From: Thainema sp.
Lineage (GTDB): Bacteria; Cyanobacteriota; Cyanobacteriia; Phormidesmidales; Phormidesmidaceae
Length of the DNA stretch: 64,000 nucleotides
Assembly (NCBI GenBank): GCA_052168235.1
Contig: JBQLZK010000035.1
Location: forward strand, 11,696-75,695
Reading direction: 5' to 3'
Below the pieces are notes generated by a model, which was given only the letters and a program-made list of their open reading frames with translations, had not been told where the DNA came from and searched no databases. How positions within the stretch are numbered: position 1 is the stretch's first letter; every line of letters starts with the position of its first letter. This document shows, one piece after another, positions 28,794-37,083 of the stretch. A program made the position numbers and the translations under genes.

Positions 28794-29075
28794 TTAAGGA
28801 AAGCGGATTTAATCAGGTGAAATCTTTGGGGTAGGGACACGGCAATGCCGTGTATTTGTTTAGCGCGACACTCTGCATAGATCCCCCTAAATCCCCCTTA
28901 AAAAGGGGGAACTTTGAGCCAGAGTTGGAATAGCCCCTTTTTTCTAAGCGCAGCCATGCCCGAAGGGCTATAGGGGGCGGCGACAGCGGGGGATCATACA
29001 GCTACGCTAAACAAGTACAATGCCGTGTCCCTACGGATAGAGCGATTGACAGGCTATTTGATTCGCACTCCTAAG
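28794..29075. mobile_element. Composite of nested miniature elements
   Basis: Outer element is homologous to 40451-40539. Inner insert 28852-29018 has TIRs GTATTTGTTTAGCG / CGCTAAACAAGTAC, flanked by duplicated AATGCCGT. Confidence 0.8.
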
Positions 29076-29119
29076 CGTTTGTAATCTCAGATTAAATGAT
29101 GAATTTGGAGAACCTGTTT

Positions 29120-29632
29120 ATGTTGAAAAAGCATTATCGAATTTTGACAGCGCTGTGCCTGAGCGTGCTGCTGCTGGTTACCGCTTGCGCCAAGCCAGAA
29201 TCCCGTTGGGATCAGGTGCAGCAAGAAACGAAGAATGAGCAAATTGCCGATACTGCCACGGCGGAACCGATTGCAGGCGGCCAGTTCAATAAGTTTTTCC
29301 CAGAAGCATCCGGTGAATACGACACGGTTTATACCCAGGAAAAGCAGGGGTTTGCAGAGGCCAAGCTGAAGCAAAATGGCGAAGATGTGGCCATGCTCTC
29401 TATCTCTGATACGGCCCTGAATCCAGATGCGGTCACCAAGTTTCAAAACAGCGATTTAGAAATTGCAGGCTATCCTGCGGCTGAAGTGGGCAACTCCACG
29501 GCGGTTCTAGTAAGCGATCGCATTCAGGTCAAAGTCCAGTCACGCGGCAGCTTATTCACAGCAGAAGACCGGGCATCATGGCTGGAACAGTTTAATTTGC
29601 AAGGATTAGAAGAACTCGCCTCGGCTTCCTAA
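29120..29632 (+). CDS. Putative lipoprotein of unknown function
   Basis: Lipobox LLLVTA-C; start at 29096, 29099 or 29120 uncertain. Confidence 0.78.
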   Translation: MLKKHYRILTALCLSVLLLVTACAKPESRWDQVQQETKNEQIADTATAEPIAGGQFNKFFPEASGEYDTVYTQEKQGFAEAKLKQNGEDVAMLSISDTALNPDAVTKFQNSDLEIAGYPAAEVGNSTAVLVSDRIQVKVQSRGSLFTAEDRASWLEQFNLQGLEELASAS

Positions 29633-29727
29633 GCGACCTTGACGCATTCTGATCGACTATCCGTTCTACTTCTTTATCTAATTTCCTTTTCCTTGTCTAC
29701 TTCCTTTTCTTTACTTAATTTCCACCT

Positions 29728-30615
29728 ATGAGCAAAACCATTTTTGAACTGGTTGATGACCTGCCAGAGCGCAATATCACTGTTTTGGCACTGAGATCGC
29801 TAGATACGATCATTCCCGGCAAGTGGGAGAACCTAACTGGATTCGAGAACACGATTAAGGTCGTGACAGGCGAAACCGATCAGGCTCTGATTCAGCAGAT
29901 TGGTGAGCGAGCCATTCGGTTATTCAACGACAAAAAGCAGGGCTATCAGCGGGCGCTGTGGCTGTATCAGACCATTGACAGCACAGGGCGGGCGCTAGGT
30001 ACGGCAGCGTTTGCGGGCAAGGTCGGTGAAAAAGTGAAACTGCTCAGCTTCCTAGATAAAATCACGCCCAAGCCAGAAAAAGCTCAGACGATTGACCTGG
30101 CGCTGAAGCTGGTGACAGAGATTGTCGCTTTCTGCCAGATCAACGGCATTCCCGGTGACAGCATTGGCGATTTCGTCAAATCCTTGGGTGACTACAGCGG
30201 CGAAAGCCTGATGCGGATGGCGGCGCTGGTCAGCTTTGACGGCTTGATTCCCCTTGGCCCTAACTTTATCTTGTCGGCTCAGAATACGCTGAGCCGTCTC
30301 AATCCCAAAGAGCTAAACGAGCATCCAGGTTTTAAGCAAATTCGGGAACTGATTCCGGGCAACAGTGCGGACAAGCAGCTCGGCTTCATCAACGAGAGCT
30401 TTGATTCGACCAAGGGCTGGATGGGCAAGTTTGTCCAGTCCAACAATCTCACGCCGCAAAAGATTGCCAGTAACTTACAAAACTTTGTCGAAGTATCCGA
30501 AGACAAATTAGACTATCTAGGAGCCTTCCTGGACATGTCAACCAATTACTATGAGCATACGGGGATTCAAACCCTGGCTCGTCGATTGATCGAACGGGCA
30601 GTTGCTGAAATCTAG
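29728..30615 (+). CDS. Hypothetical protein (predicted helical)
   Basis: 295-aa ORF in an operon-like position; no motif I recognise. Confidence 0.8.
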   Translation: MSKTIFELVDDLPERNITVLALRSLDTIIPGKWENLTGFENTIKVVTGETDQALIQQIGERAIRLFNDKKQGYQRALWLYQTIDSTGRALGTAAFAGKVGEKVKLLSFLDKITPKPEKAQTIDLALKLVTEIVAFCQINGIPGDSIGDFVKSLGDYSGESLMRMAALVSFDGLIPLGPNFILSAQNTLSRLNPKELNEHPGFKQIRELIPGNSADKQLGFINESFDSTKGWMGKFVQSNNLTPQKIASNLQNFVEVSEDKLDYLGAFLDMSTNYYEHTGIQTLARRLIERAVAEI

Positions 30616-30639
30616 ATGAAACGGTAGAAAGAGTAAGCA

Positions 30640-31185
30640 ATGGCAGAAGAAAACACTCCCAAGGATCCAAAGCAGTCGGCTGAAGCGAATGGCTCAGGCG
30701 GCGATGACTCTGCGAAAAAGCCTGCCGCTAAAGCCCCGGCAGCCGGAAACAAAAAGCCTGCGGCATCAGGCGATGGTAAACCTGCGGCTAAGAAAAAAGA
30801 GAAGCCGCCTGCGCCTGAGGATAAGCCCTTTCCCAATTTCATTACGGAAGAGTTTATGCCTGCTCTGTCTGAGGCTTTGAAGAAGGAAGGCTTGGACGAT
30901 ATTGACCTCGACTTTGAGCGCACTAAGCTGGAAGTCGTCGGTTCTGAGCAAAGCGGCTTTTTCTGGCAGGTGATTGGTCACTGGCAAGATGGACGCCGCC
31001 AGTTTAATGTGGCCTTCTTGAAAGAGGATATCAAGGGGCCAAAGCTGTTTGCCTATTCGGATTCGGGTTCCAAGCCGAGTACCCTGGAGCATTTCATGGG
31101 TGATGAGCGTAAGGTAACGCTGGATCTGATGGTGCACTATGTTCTACAGCGGCTCAATGCTCAGAAGTGGCTGGTGCGGAATTAG
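30640..31185 (+). CDS. ndhV: DUF2996 / NDH-1 accessory subunit NdhV
   Basis: Ala/Lys-rich N-terminus, then KEKPPAPEDKPF..FI...LE.FM.DERK.TLDL....LQRLN.QKWL. Confidence 0.75.
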   Translation: MAEENTPKDPKQSAEANGSGGDDSAKKPAAKAPAAGNKKPAASGDGKPAAKKKEKPPAPEDKPFPNFITEEFMPALSEALKKEGLDDIDLDFERTKLEVVGSEQSGFFWQVIGHWQDGRRQFNVAFLKEDIKGPKLFAYSDSGSKPSTLEHFMGDERKVTLDLMVHYVLQRLNAQKWLVRN

Positions 31186-31251
31186 AATTTGCTAACAATT
31201 TGTTTGAAAGAGGGGAGATGCTGGAATCGGTGTCTCCTTTTTTGTTGGTGG

Positions 31252-31315
31252 TTATTGGTTGATGGTTGATGGTTGATAGTTGATAGTTAATGGTTGATAG
31301 TTAATGGTTGATGGT
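31252..31315. repeat. Heptamer short tandem repeat (STRR-like)
   Basis: About nine (TTGATGG/TTGATAG/TTAATGG) units between convergent genes. Confidence 0.85.
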
Positions 31316-31331
31316 GGGTGGTGAGGGTGGG

Positions 31332-32234
31332 TTAGTGAGTGCTGAGGGGTTGGAGCCAGTGGACTAGGTTTTTGATGTAGGTTTGGATATCTGCGATCGC
31401 AGCTGGATTTTCTTGGATGCCATTTCCGGGCTGTTCGGTAACAAAGCTGGGGCAGCCGTAGCTTGTATCCCAGTTGTAATCGACAAAATGATGAAAGGTG
31501 GATTGCGCCACCATGCGGCCTAGTGTGTAGCCATCGGCATCTTGACGATGATCCGCCGCGACAGCCAGATTAAACGGGCGGTTTGTCACCTTACTGGTGC
31601 CTGTGGCGAGGATTTGAACTGCTGGATCGTCCAGATCGGTAACGCCAACGCCTCCTTCATGGGGATGAGCGGGAAAGAAGCGAATCCGACCGTCCGGTGC
31701 GCTCGGATGCTTGAGCAGCTCATGCAGCGGCTCGACGGGAGTAATCGTCTGATAGTCGCCATTGCTGCCGGAGTGGTAGTTGGGCCAGTCAATCGTGAGC
31801 GTATAGGCATCATCGCGGCAGCAGCGCTCTGGATCGGGATCGATTTGGCGCGTACGAAAATAGTGAAATGCGCCCAGCGTCGGTAGGGCACACATGGAAA
31901 TGCCCATGTCTTGATGATCACGAGTGGTCAAAATGCCGCCGCCCTGCTGATGAAAACGAGTAATTCCGGCACAATCGGCGCGGCTAAGACCACCACCTAC
32001 ATCCAGCGCAAATAGCCACAGTTGGTCAAAATCCTGTCGGTCAAGCTGGCTGAGAATCGGGTCGTTGCCATCAGAGCCGGGGTTGCGATCGCGGGCTGTC
32101 ACTGCCACTAGGGGTTGCCCCTGTTCATCCTGCAGCGATGACAGATAGTTTTGCAGCAGGGAGAACCGGGCAATTGTCCAATCATCGACATCGGTTGGGA
32201 GCAGCGTTGTTTGTAACAGGATTCGAATTGCCAT
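31332..32234 (-). CDS. Hypothetical protein (possibly class I GATase/ThuA-like fold)
   Basis: FDQLWLF, GGGILTTRDH, PAHPHEG and TFHHF motifs; fold assignment is inference. Confidence 0.75.
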   Translation of the reverse strand: MAIRILLQTTLLPTDVDDWTIARFSLLQNYLSSLQDEQGQPLVAVTARDRNPGSDGNDPILSQLDRQDFDQLWLFALDVGGGLSRADCAGITRFHQQGGGILTTRDHQDMGISMCALPTLGAFHYFRTRQIDPDPERCCRDDAYTLTIDWPNYHSGSNGDYQTITPVEPLHELLKHPSAPDGRIRFFPAHPHEGGVGVTDLDDPAVQILATGTSKVTNRPFNLAVAADHRQDADGYTLGRMVAQSTFHHFVDYNWDTSYGCPSFVTEQPGNGIQENPAAIADIQTYIKNLVHWLQPLSTH

Positions 32235-32264
32235 TGCGGTTCACGCCCCTAATTTAGTGACTAA

Positions 32265-32852
32265 TTAAGCAATCAACTTAGCGGTAACATCGACGAGCTT
32301 ATGAGCTATGCCTTGCACTCCCTCCATCAGTTTTTGATCAGTCAGTTGTCCTTGTTCATCAAAGGCTTGATAGGCGTTAGGCACGGCTTTTTGATCGGGA
32401 ATGACGAAGACGCCAATGCCTTCCAGAATGGCGCGGACATGAACTAAGCCGCGAATACCACCAAGTCCACCGGGAGACGCTGCTAGCAGTGCTGCTGTTT
32501 TGCCGCGAAAGCAGACTAGTCCTAACGGTGGTTCATCGGGTTCCGGGCGGGAAGCCCAGTCGATGGCATTTTTGAGCAGCGGCGTGATCGAACCGTTGTA
32601 TTCGGGGCAGGCAATCAGAAATCCATCGTGGCTTTTTAGAAGCTGTTTGAACTGGCGCACGGCTGAAGGGATGCCGTCTTTGGCTTCTAGGTCTTGATTG
32701 AAGAGGGGCATTGGGTAGTCGAGGAGGTCAACGTAGGTGACTTCGGCTCCGGCGGCTTTAGCTCCGGCGGCGGCTACTTTGACGAGTTTTTTGTTGAATG
32801 AGTCGGTTCTAGCGCTGCCTGCGAAGGCAAGGATTTTGGGAGTTGCGGTCAT
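32265..32852 (-). CDS. NAD(P)H-dependent FMN reductase (SsuE/ChrR family)
   Basis: FAGSAR.DSFN, PEYNGS, KNAIDWASR and SPGGLGG motifs. Confidence 0.93.
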   Translation of the reverse strand: MTATPKILAFAGSARTDSFNKKLVKVAAAGAKAAGAEVTYVDLLDYPMPLFNQDLEAKDGIPSAVRQFKQLLKSHDGFLIACPEYNGSITPLLKNAIDWASRPEPDEPPLGLVCFRGKTAALLAASPGGLGGIRGLVHVRAILEGIGVFVIPDQKAVPNAYQAFDEQGQLTDQKLMEGVQGIAHKLVDVTAKLIA

Positions 32853-32894
32853 AGTTCGATTTAGCTTTTATGGCAGATTTGACCAAATTATAGG

Positions 32895-33297
32895 GAATCT
32901 GCTGGGAATGTGGTTTTGGGGTGGTTTTTGGGGTTGGAGGTTGGTTCTGAGGGGACTAATTTCCTTGGGTCTTTTCTTTTGGTTGGGTTGTAGATGGTTA
33001 GAGGTTGGTTCTGAGGGGACTAGCCCCCTCAGGCTCCCCCACTGGTGCGTGCCGTCGCCCCAGGCCCCCACGGACGAGGTGATCGGTGAGTAGTGTCACA
33101 GCGCTTCGCTTTGCAGGTGTCGATCGGACGCTACTTGTGAGGACTATCTTCGGTTTGGCGTTCCGCCGAACCTGTTAACCCAACAGAATGCTGTTGATAC
33201 TGACAGGTTATTTTTTTGGAGGGGGTCTGGGGGACGTAACCGTCTCCCAGCGGGGGTGTGGGGGCAAGCGCCCCCACGAAAGGGGTTTTTCACAATA
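32895..33297 (-). repeat. GC-rich dispersed repeat with A/C-rich tail (left copy)
   Basis: Reverse complement of 35580-35952 over about 310 bp; partial duplication of its 3' end at 32933-32958. Confidence 0.9.
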
Positions 33298-33320
33298 ATC
33301 CCAAACGTATCAAACACAAG

Positions 33321-33356
33321 TGAAGGACGCTGCATCCCACGACACAGCGTCCTTCA
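33321..33356 (-). terminator. Hairpin downstream of the transketolase-like gene
   Basis: TGAAGGACGCTG...CAGCGTCCTTCA. Confidence 0.55.
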
Positions 33357-33389
33357 TACATATCAAGCTACTGATAATTAACCAGAAAA

Positions 33390-35303
33390 CTAACTCGCTA
33401 GTTCTTTCACCTTTTTCATGATGCCAGTTGGATCAATACCCTGATGCAAGAACTGTTCCCAGAGACCGCCGGAACCTTCTTCATGGGTACCAAGGTGAGC
33501 AAACTTCGGTGTTAAGCCGCGCTCTAGTAACCAGGAGCCGAAGCGGCTACCCAGACCTGTGCGACGGTTGAAGGATTCGACGACTAGGACAAAGGGAGCA
33601 GCACCCACTTTGGCCATCATTTCTTCGTCAACCATGTTGAGGGTGGGCTTGTTGATTAAGCCTACGTCGATTCCCTCTTGCTTGAGCCGTTCCACAGCGT
33701 CCAGCGAGCGATAGAGCGCATCACCAAAGCTGACAATGTAGCCAGCGGTGCCCTCGCGGATCACTTCGTCTTTACCAGGGGTGAATTCGTAGCCTTCACC
33801 AAAGAGGGTGTTGCCCTCACTGGTGAGGATGCTGGGTACAGACGAACGGGTAGAGAAGATAAACCGCAAACCGGGATCGTGGAAGACTTTGGCGACGCAA
33901 GCGCGCATTTGATGCTCGTCGGCGGGGAAGTAGAGGCGGGTTTCATAGCCGTCGTCCAAACCGTTATCGGCAAACATGTTGTTGATGCCGAAGTGACAGG
34001 TGTTGTCGGCCATGTCGTCGATGCCAGCGTGGGAGAAGTGGCAGAGGACGTTAGAGTAGTTGAGCCGCGCCATCGTGATTTCGGAAATGCACATTTCCAA
34101 GAAGGCGCTGAAGGTGCCGAAGATGCCCTGCTTGCCGGGAGCCATGCCGAAACCAGCAGCAGCGGAGAAGTTACCCCGCTCCATGATGCCCGCTTTGATG
34201 TAGATTTCGGGGAAGGCTTCGCGAATGGTATTGAGACCGCAGGAACCTTCCAAGTCGCTGTCAATACACATGACTTTGGCTTTGCGCTCTTCGTCGCTCA
34301 TCTTTTCCAGCATAGAAACGACGGCTGCGCCAAACACCTTCCGGTTAGAGCCCCGGTTTTCGCTTGCACCTAGGAACTGATAGTCGTCCTTGGGCTTCTC
34401 GATGTTGTTGAGAAAGTCTACCGCATCGTTGAGGCCACGCTGCTCTAGGTACTGAAGGGCTAGCTTGAGCGGAATTACGTCGTGGCCGTGAGTGGAGCCT
34501 TCCAGTCCCTCAATGCCGGGACACATGGGTCGCTTATTAATCACCGCGACGGGGCCATCGGTGTTAATCGCTTCACAAATGCGGCGGTAGAGATCGTCGA
34601 TATCTTCACCATCGCCGATTAGGACTTTTAAGCCGTGGCCTTCCAGCGTAGACGCCACGTCAAAGCCAGGGATGTATTCAGATGGGTGTCCGGCAATGGT
34701 TACGTCGTTGTCGTCGATGATCAGCTTGACGTTGAGTCCCTGCGCCACAGCCAGACGAGCGGCTTCTGCGTCGTTGCCTTCCTGCTGAGAACCATCCGAA
34801 CCGAGACAGAAGGTGGTTTTGCCAGGATTTGCGATCGCAACCCCGTTCACATAGGGCCACATGTGACCCAAGCGGCCAGAGCTAAACTTCACACCCGGAG
34901 TTAAACCCAACTCAGGGTGTCCCGGTAGCTTTGAATGAGCCGCCCGATACTGAGTCAGTTGCTCTCGTGGCAAATCGCCATTGATTGTCGCCATCAGATA
35001 CTGAGTGGCCACCCGGTGTCCCGCTTCATCGAAGAACACAGGCACAAACTTGTCCGGATTACCCCGGAACAGCGCATCCAGAATCATCACTTCCGGCACG
35101 GTGTCGTAGGGGCCACCCGTATGACCGCCAACGCCCCGTGCTGCACCCGTTGCCGTGAAAAAGACGATGGCATCGCGGCAAAGCTGGATATTGGCCTTCA
35201 GGGTGTTCCGCTGCTCATCGGTCAGCACCGGATTGCTGGGATCAAGCTCTAGCGGCTTATAGGCATCAAGATTAATCGGGAAGCGAACGGACGTTGCAGT
35301 CAT
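33390..35303 (-). CDS. Transketolase-like ThDP-dependent enzyme (non-canonical)
   Basis: GHPE, SSGRLGH, ThDP-motif variant GSDGSQQEG...DDN, SDLEGS and GIME motifs. Confidence 0.88.
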   Translation of the reverse strand: MTATSVRFPINLDAYKPLELDPSNPVLTDEQRNTLKANIQLCRDAIVFFTATGAARGVGGHTGGPYDTVPEVMILDALFRGNPDKFVPVFFDEAGHRVATQYLMATINGDLPREQLTQYRAAHSKLPGHPELGLTPGVKFSSGRLGHMWPYVNGVAIANPGKTTFCLGSDGSQQEGNDAEAARLAVAQGLNVKLIIDDNDVTIAGHPSEYIPGFDVASTLEGHGLKVLIGDGEDIDDLYRRICEAINTDGPVAVINKRPMCPGIEGLEGSTHGHDVIPLKLALQYLEQRGLNDAVDFLNNIEKPKDDYQFLGASENRGSNRKVFGAAVVSMLEKMSDEERKAKVMCIDSDLEGSCGLNTIREAFPEIYIKAGIMERGNFSAAAGFGMAPGKQGIFGTFSAFLEMCISEITMARLNYSNVLCHFSHAGIDDMADNTCHFGINNMFADNGLDDGYETRLYFPADEHQMRACVAKVFHDPGLRFIFSTRSSVPSILTSEGNTLFGEGYEFTPGKDEVIREGTAGYIVSFGDALYRSLDAVERLKQEGIDVGLINKPTLNMVDEEMMAKVGAAPFVLVVESFNRRTGLGSRFGSWLLERGLTPKFAHLGTHEEGSGGLWEQFLHQGIDPTGIMKKVKELAS

Positions 35304-35579
35304 AGTTATTCTTGTGAGGATAGAACGACAAAAGTTCTAGAGGATCTAGTATCTCCCTCTGGGCTAAGTTCAGCCTCTACAGAATGATAGAGAGAGCAGG
35401 CACTGGGATCAGTCCTTACTGAAAATCAAACCACACCACGACACATTTCTAAAGTTGCGATCGCGACTTTGCAGCCTGAATCGTTGTTTCTTGGTTTAGA
35501 GTGATCCCTTGTTGTGGGGCGTTGCGTTTATTTTTGGGTATCTGTTGTGGCACAACTTGTTGCACTGATTTCAGATATC

Positions 35580-35952
35580 TGTTGTGACAAAACCCGTTTC
35601 GTGGGGGCGCTTGCCCCCACACCCCCGCTGGGAGACGGTTGCGTCCCCCAGACCCCCTCCAAAAAAGCTAACGTGTTGAGCCTCAACAGCATTCTGTTCG
35701 GGGCAACAGGTTTGGCGGAACGCCAAACCGAAGATCATCCTCACAAATAACGCCCAATCCACCCCAGCAAAGCGAAGCGATTGAGACTACTCACCGATCA
35801 CCTCGTCCGTGGGGGCCTGGGGCGACGGCACGCACCAGTGGGGGAGTCTGAGGGGGCTAGTCCCCTCAGAACCAACCTCCAACTCCCAAAACCAACCCAA
35901 AAAAACAACCCAAAAAACCAATCCAAAAAAACAACCCAAAAAACAAAACCAC
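35580..35952 (+). repeat. GC-rich dispersed repeat with A/C-rich tail (right copy)
   Basis: Inverted copy of 32990-33297; G-free tail at 35870-35952. Confidence 0.9.
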
Positions 35953-35964
35953 TGAGGAAACCCC

Positions 35965-36870
35965 TTGCTCAACTATATCGGCGAACTCGCCGCCCTCACC
36001 GCCGCCTTCCTCTGGGCCGCATCCTCCGCCATCTACGGACGACTTGGCGCACACATCACCCCCCTACTACTCAACCTATTCAAAGGACTAATTGCGATCG
36101 CACTCCTCCTTCTGACGCTGATCATCCGTCATGAACTCGGAGCCGGACTACAATCCACCTCCGTTATCCTGCTGCTGATTAGCGGAGCCGTTGGCATTGG
36201 CCTAGGAGACACCGCCTACTTCGAAGCGCTCTACTGCCTCGGTGCCCGCCGTGTTCTGCTAATGGAAGCGCTTGCTCCACCCCTCGCGGCCCTAATCGCT
36301 CTGATATTTCTCCAGGAAATCCTCAGTTGGCAAGCCTGGACAGGCATCCTTCTCACTGTTGCAGGCGTCGCCTGGGTGATTACTGAGCGTACGGCTGAGT
36401 CCCCGGCAGAACTCCACGTTACCCGCCAGCAAACCCGACGCGGTTTGATCTTTGGCTTTCTGGCAGCGCTTGGACAGGCCAGCGGGGCGGTGCTGTCGCG
36501 AGCCGCACTGGCAGAAACCAATACCAGCCCGCTTTGGAGTACTCTGCTACGATTAGCGGCTGGGGTGATTGTGATTCTATTGCTGATCGTTTGGCGACGG
36601 CATCCAGTGCGATCTCAAACCCTATTCCGCTCGCCCCAATTACTTGGTATTGTTGCAATCACAGCCTTTTTCAGCACCTATCTAGCCATCTGGCTCCAGC
36701 AAATCTCACTCAAATTTGCCGCTACGGGCATCGCTCAGGCCCTCAGCTCCACGAGTCCTCTATTTATCCTGCCGATTGCCGCTGCATTTGGTGAAAAGAT
36801 TAGTCTGCGAGCAATTTTAGGAGTCTGTATTGCGCTAGTCGGCGTCTGGATTCTGCTGCGCTATCGCTAG
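35965..36870 (+). CDS. DMT/EamA family transporter
   Basis: About 10 TM helices; GELAAL.AA.LWA and GIGLGDTAYF motifs; TTG start. Confidence 0.9.
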   Translation: MLNYIGELAALTAAFLWAASSAIYGRLGAHITPLLLNLFKGLIAIALLLLTLIIRHELGAGLQSTSVILLLISGAVGIGLGDTAYFEALYCLGARRVLLMEALAPPLAALIALIFLQEILSWQAWTGILLTVAGVAWVITERTAESPAELHVTRQQTRRGLIFGFLAALGQASGAVLSRAALAETNTSPLWSTLLRLAAGVIVILLLIVWRRHPVRSQTLFRSPQLLGIVAITAFFSTYLAIWLQQISLKFAATGIAQALSSTSPLFILPIAAAFGEKISLRAILGVCIALVGVWILLRYR

Positions 36871-37083
36871 CCGTTGAACCAGATTCCAAGCCTGAAATCA
36901 GTGCATTTGATCTACATATCGATTACAGTTGAAGCAGGGACTTCAACGATTGCTGACTCGGTGAACGGGTTTTTGCTACTCCATCACTAGCGCTCAAATA
37001 ACAATTTTCATTAATTACTACCCTACAGCTAGAATTTCCGACACAATAGAACCACACTATATCCTTCTCGCCAAAGGAATCCT

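Noticed and set aside
31252..31315. Heptamer array as a novel element
   Set aside because: Ordinary cyanobacterial STRR-type repeat.
32737..33335. ORFs within the left repeat (and 35514-36134 in the right repeat)
   Set aside because: Short, low-complexity and not open in the same way in both copies; no transposase motifs.
33678..34373. 231-aa antisense ORF, and similar ones at 25109-25708, 39353-39853 and 4040-4597
   Set aside because: Shadow ORFs opposite well-supported genes, explained by codon bias.
35304..35460. TPP riboswitch upstream of the ThDP enzyme
   Set aside because: A hairpin is possible, but the conserved CUGAGA and CCUGA...AGGGA motifs were not found.
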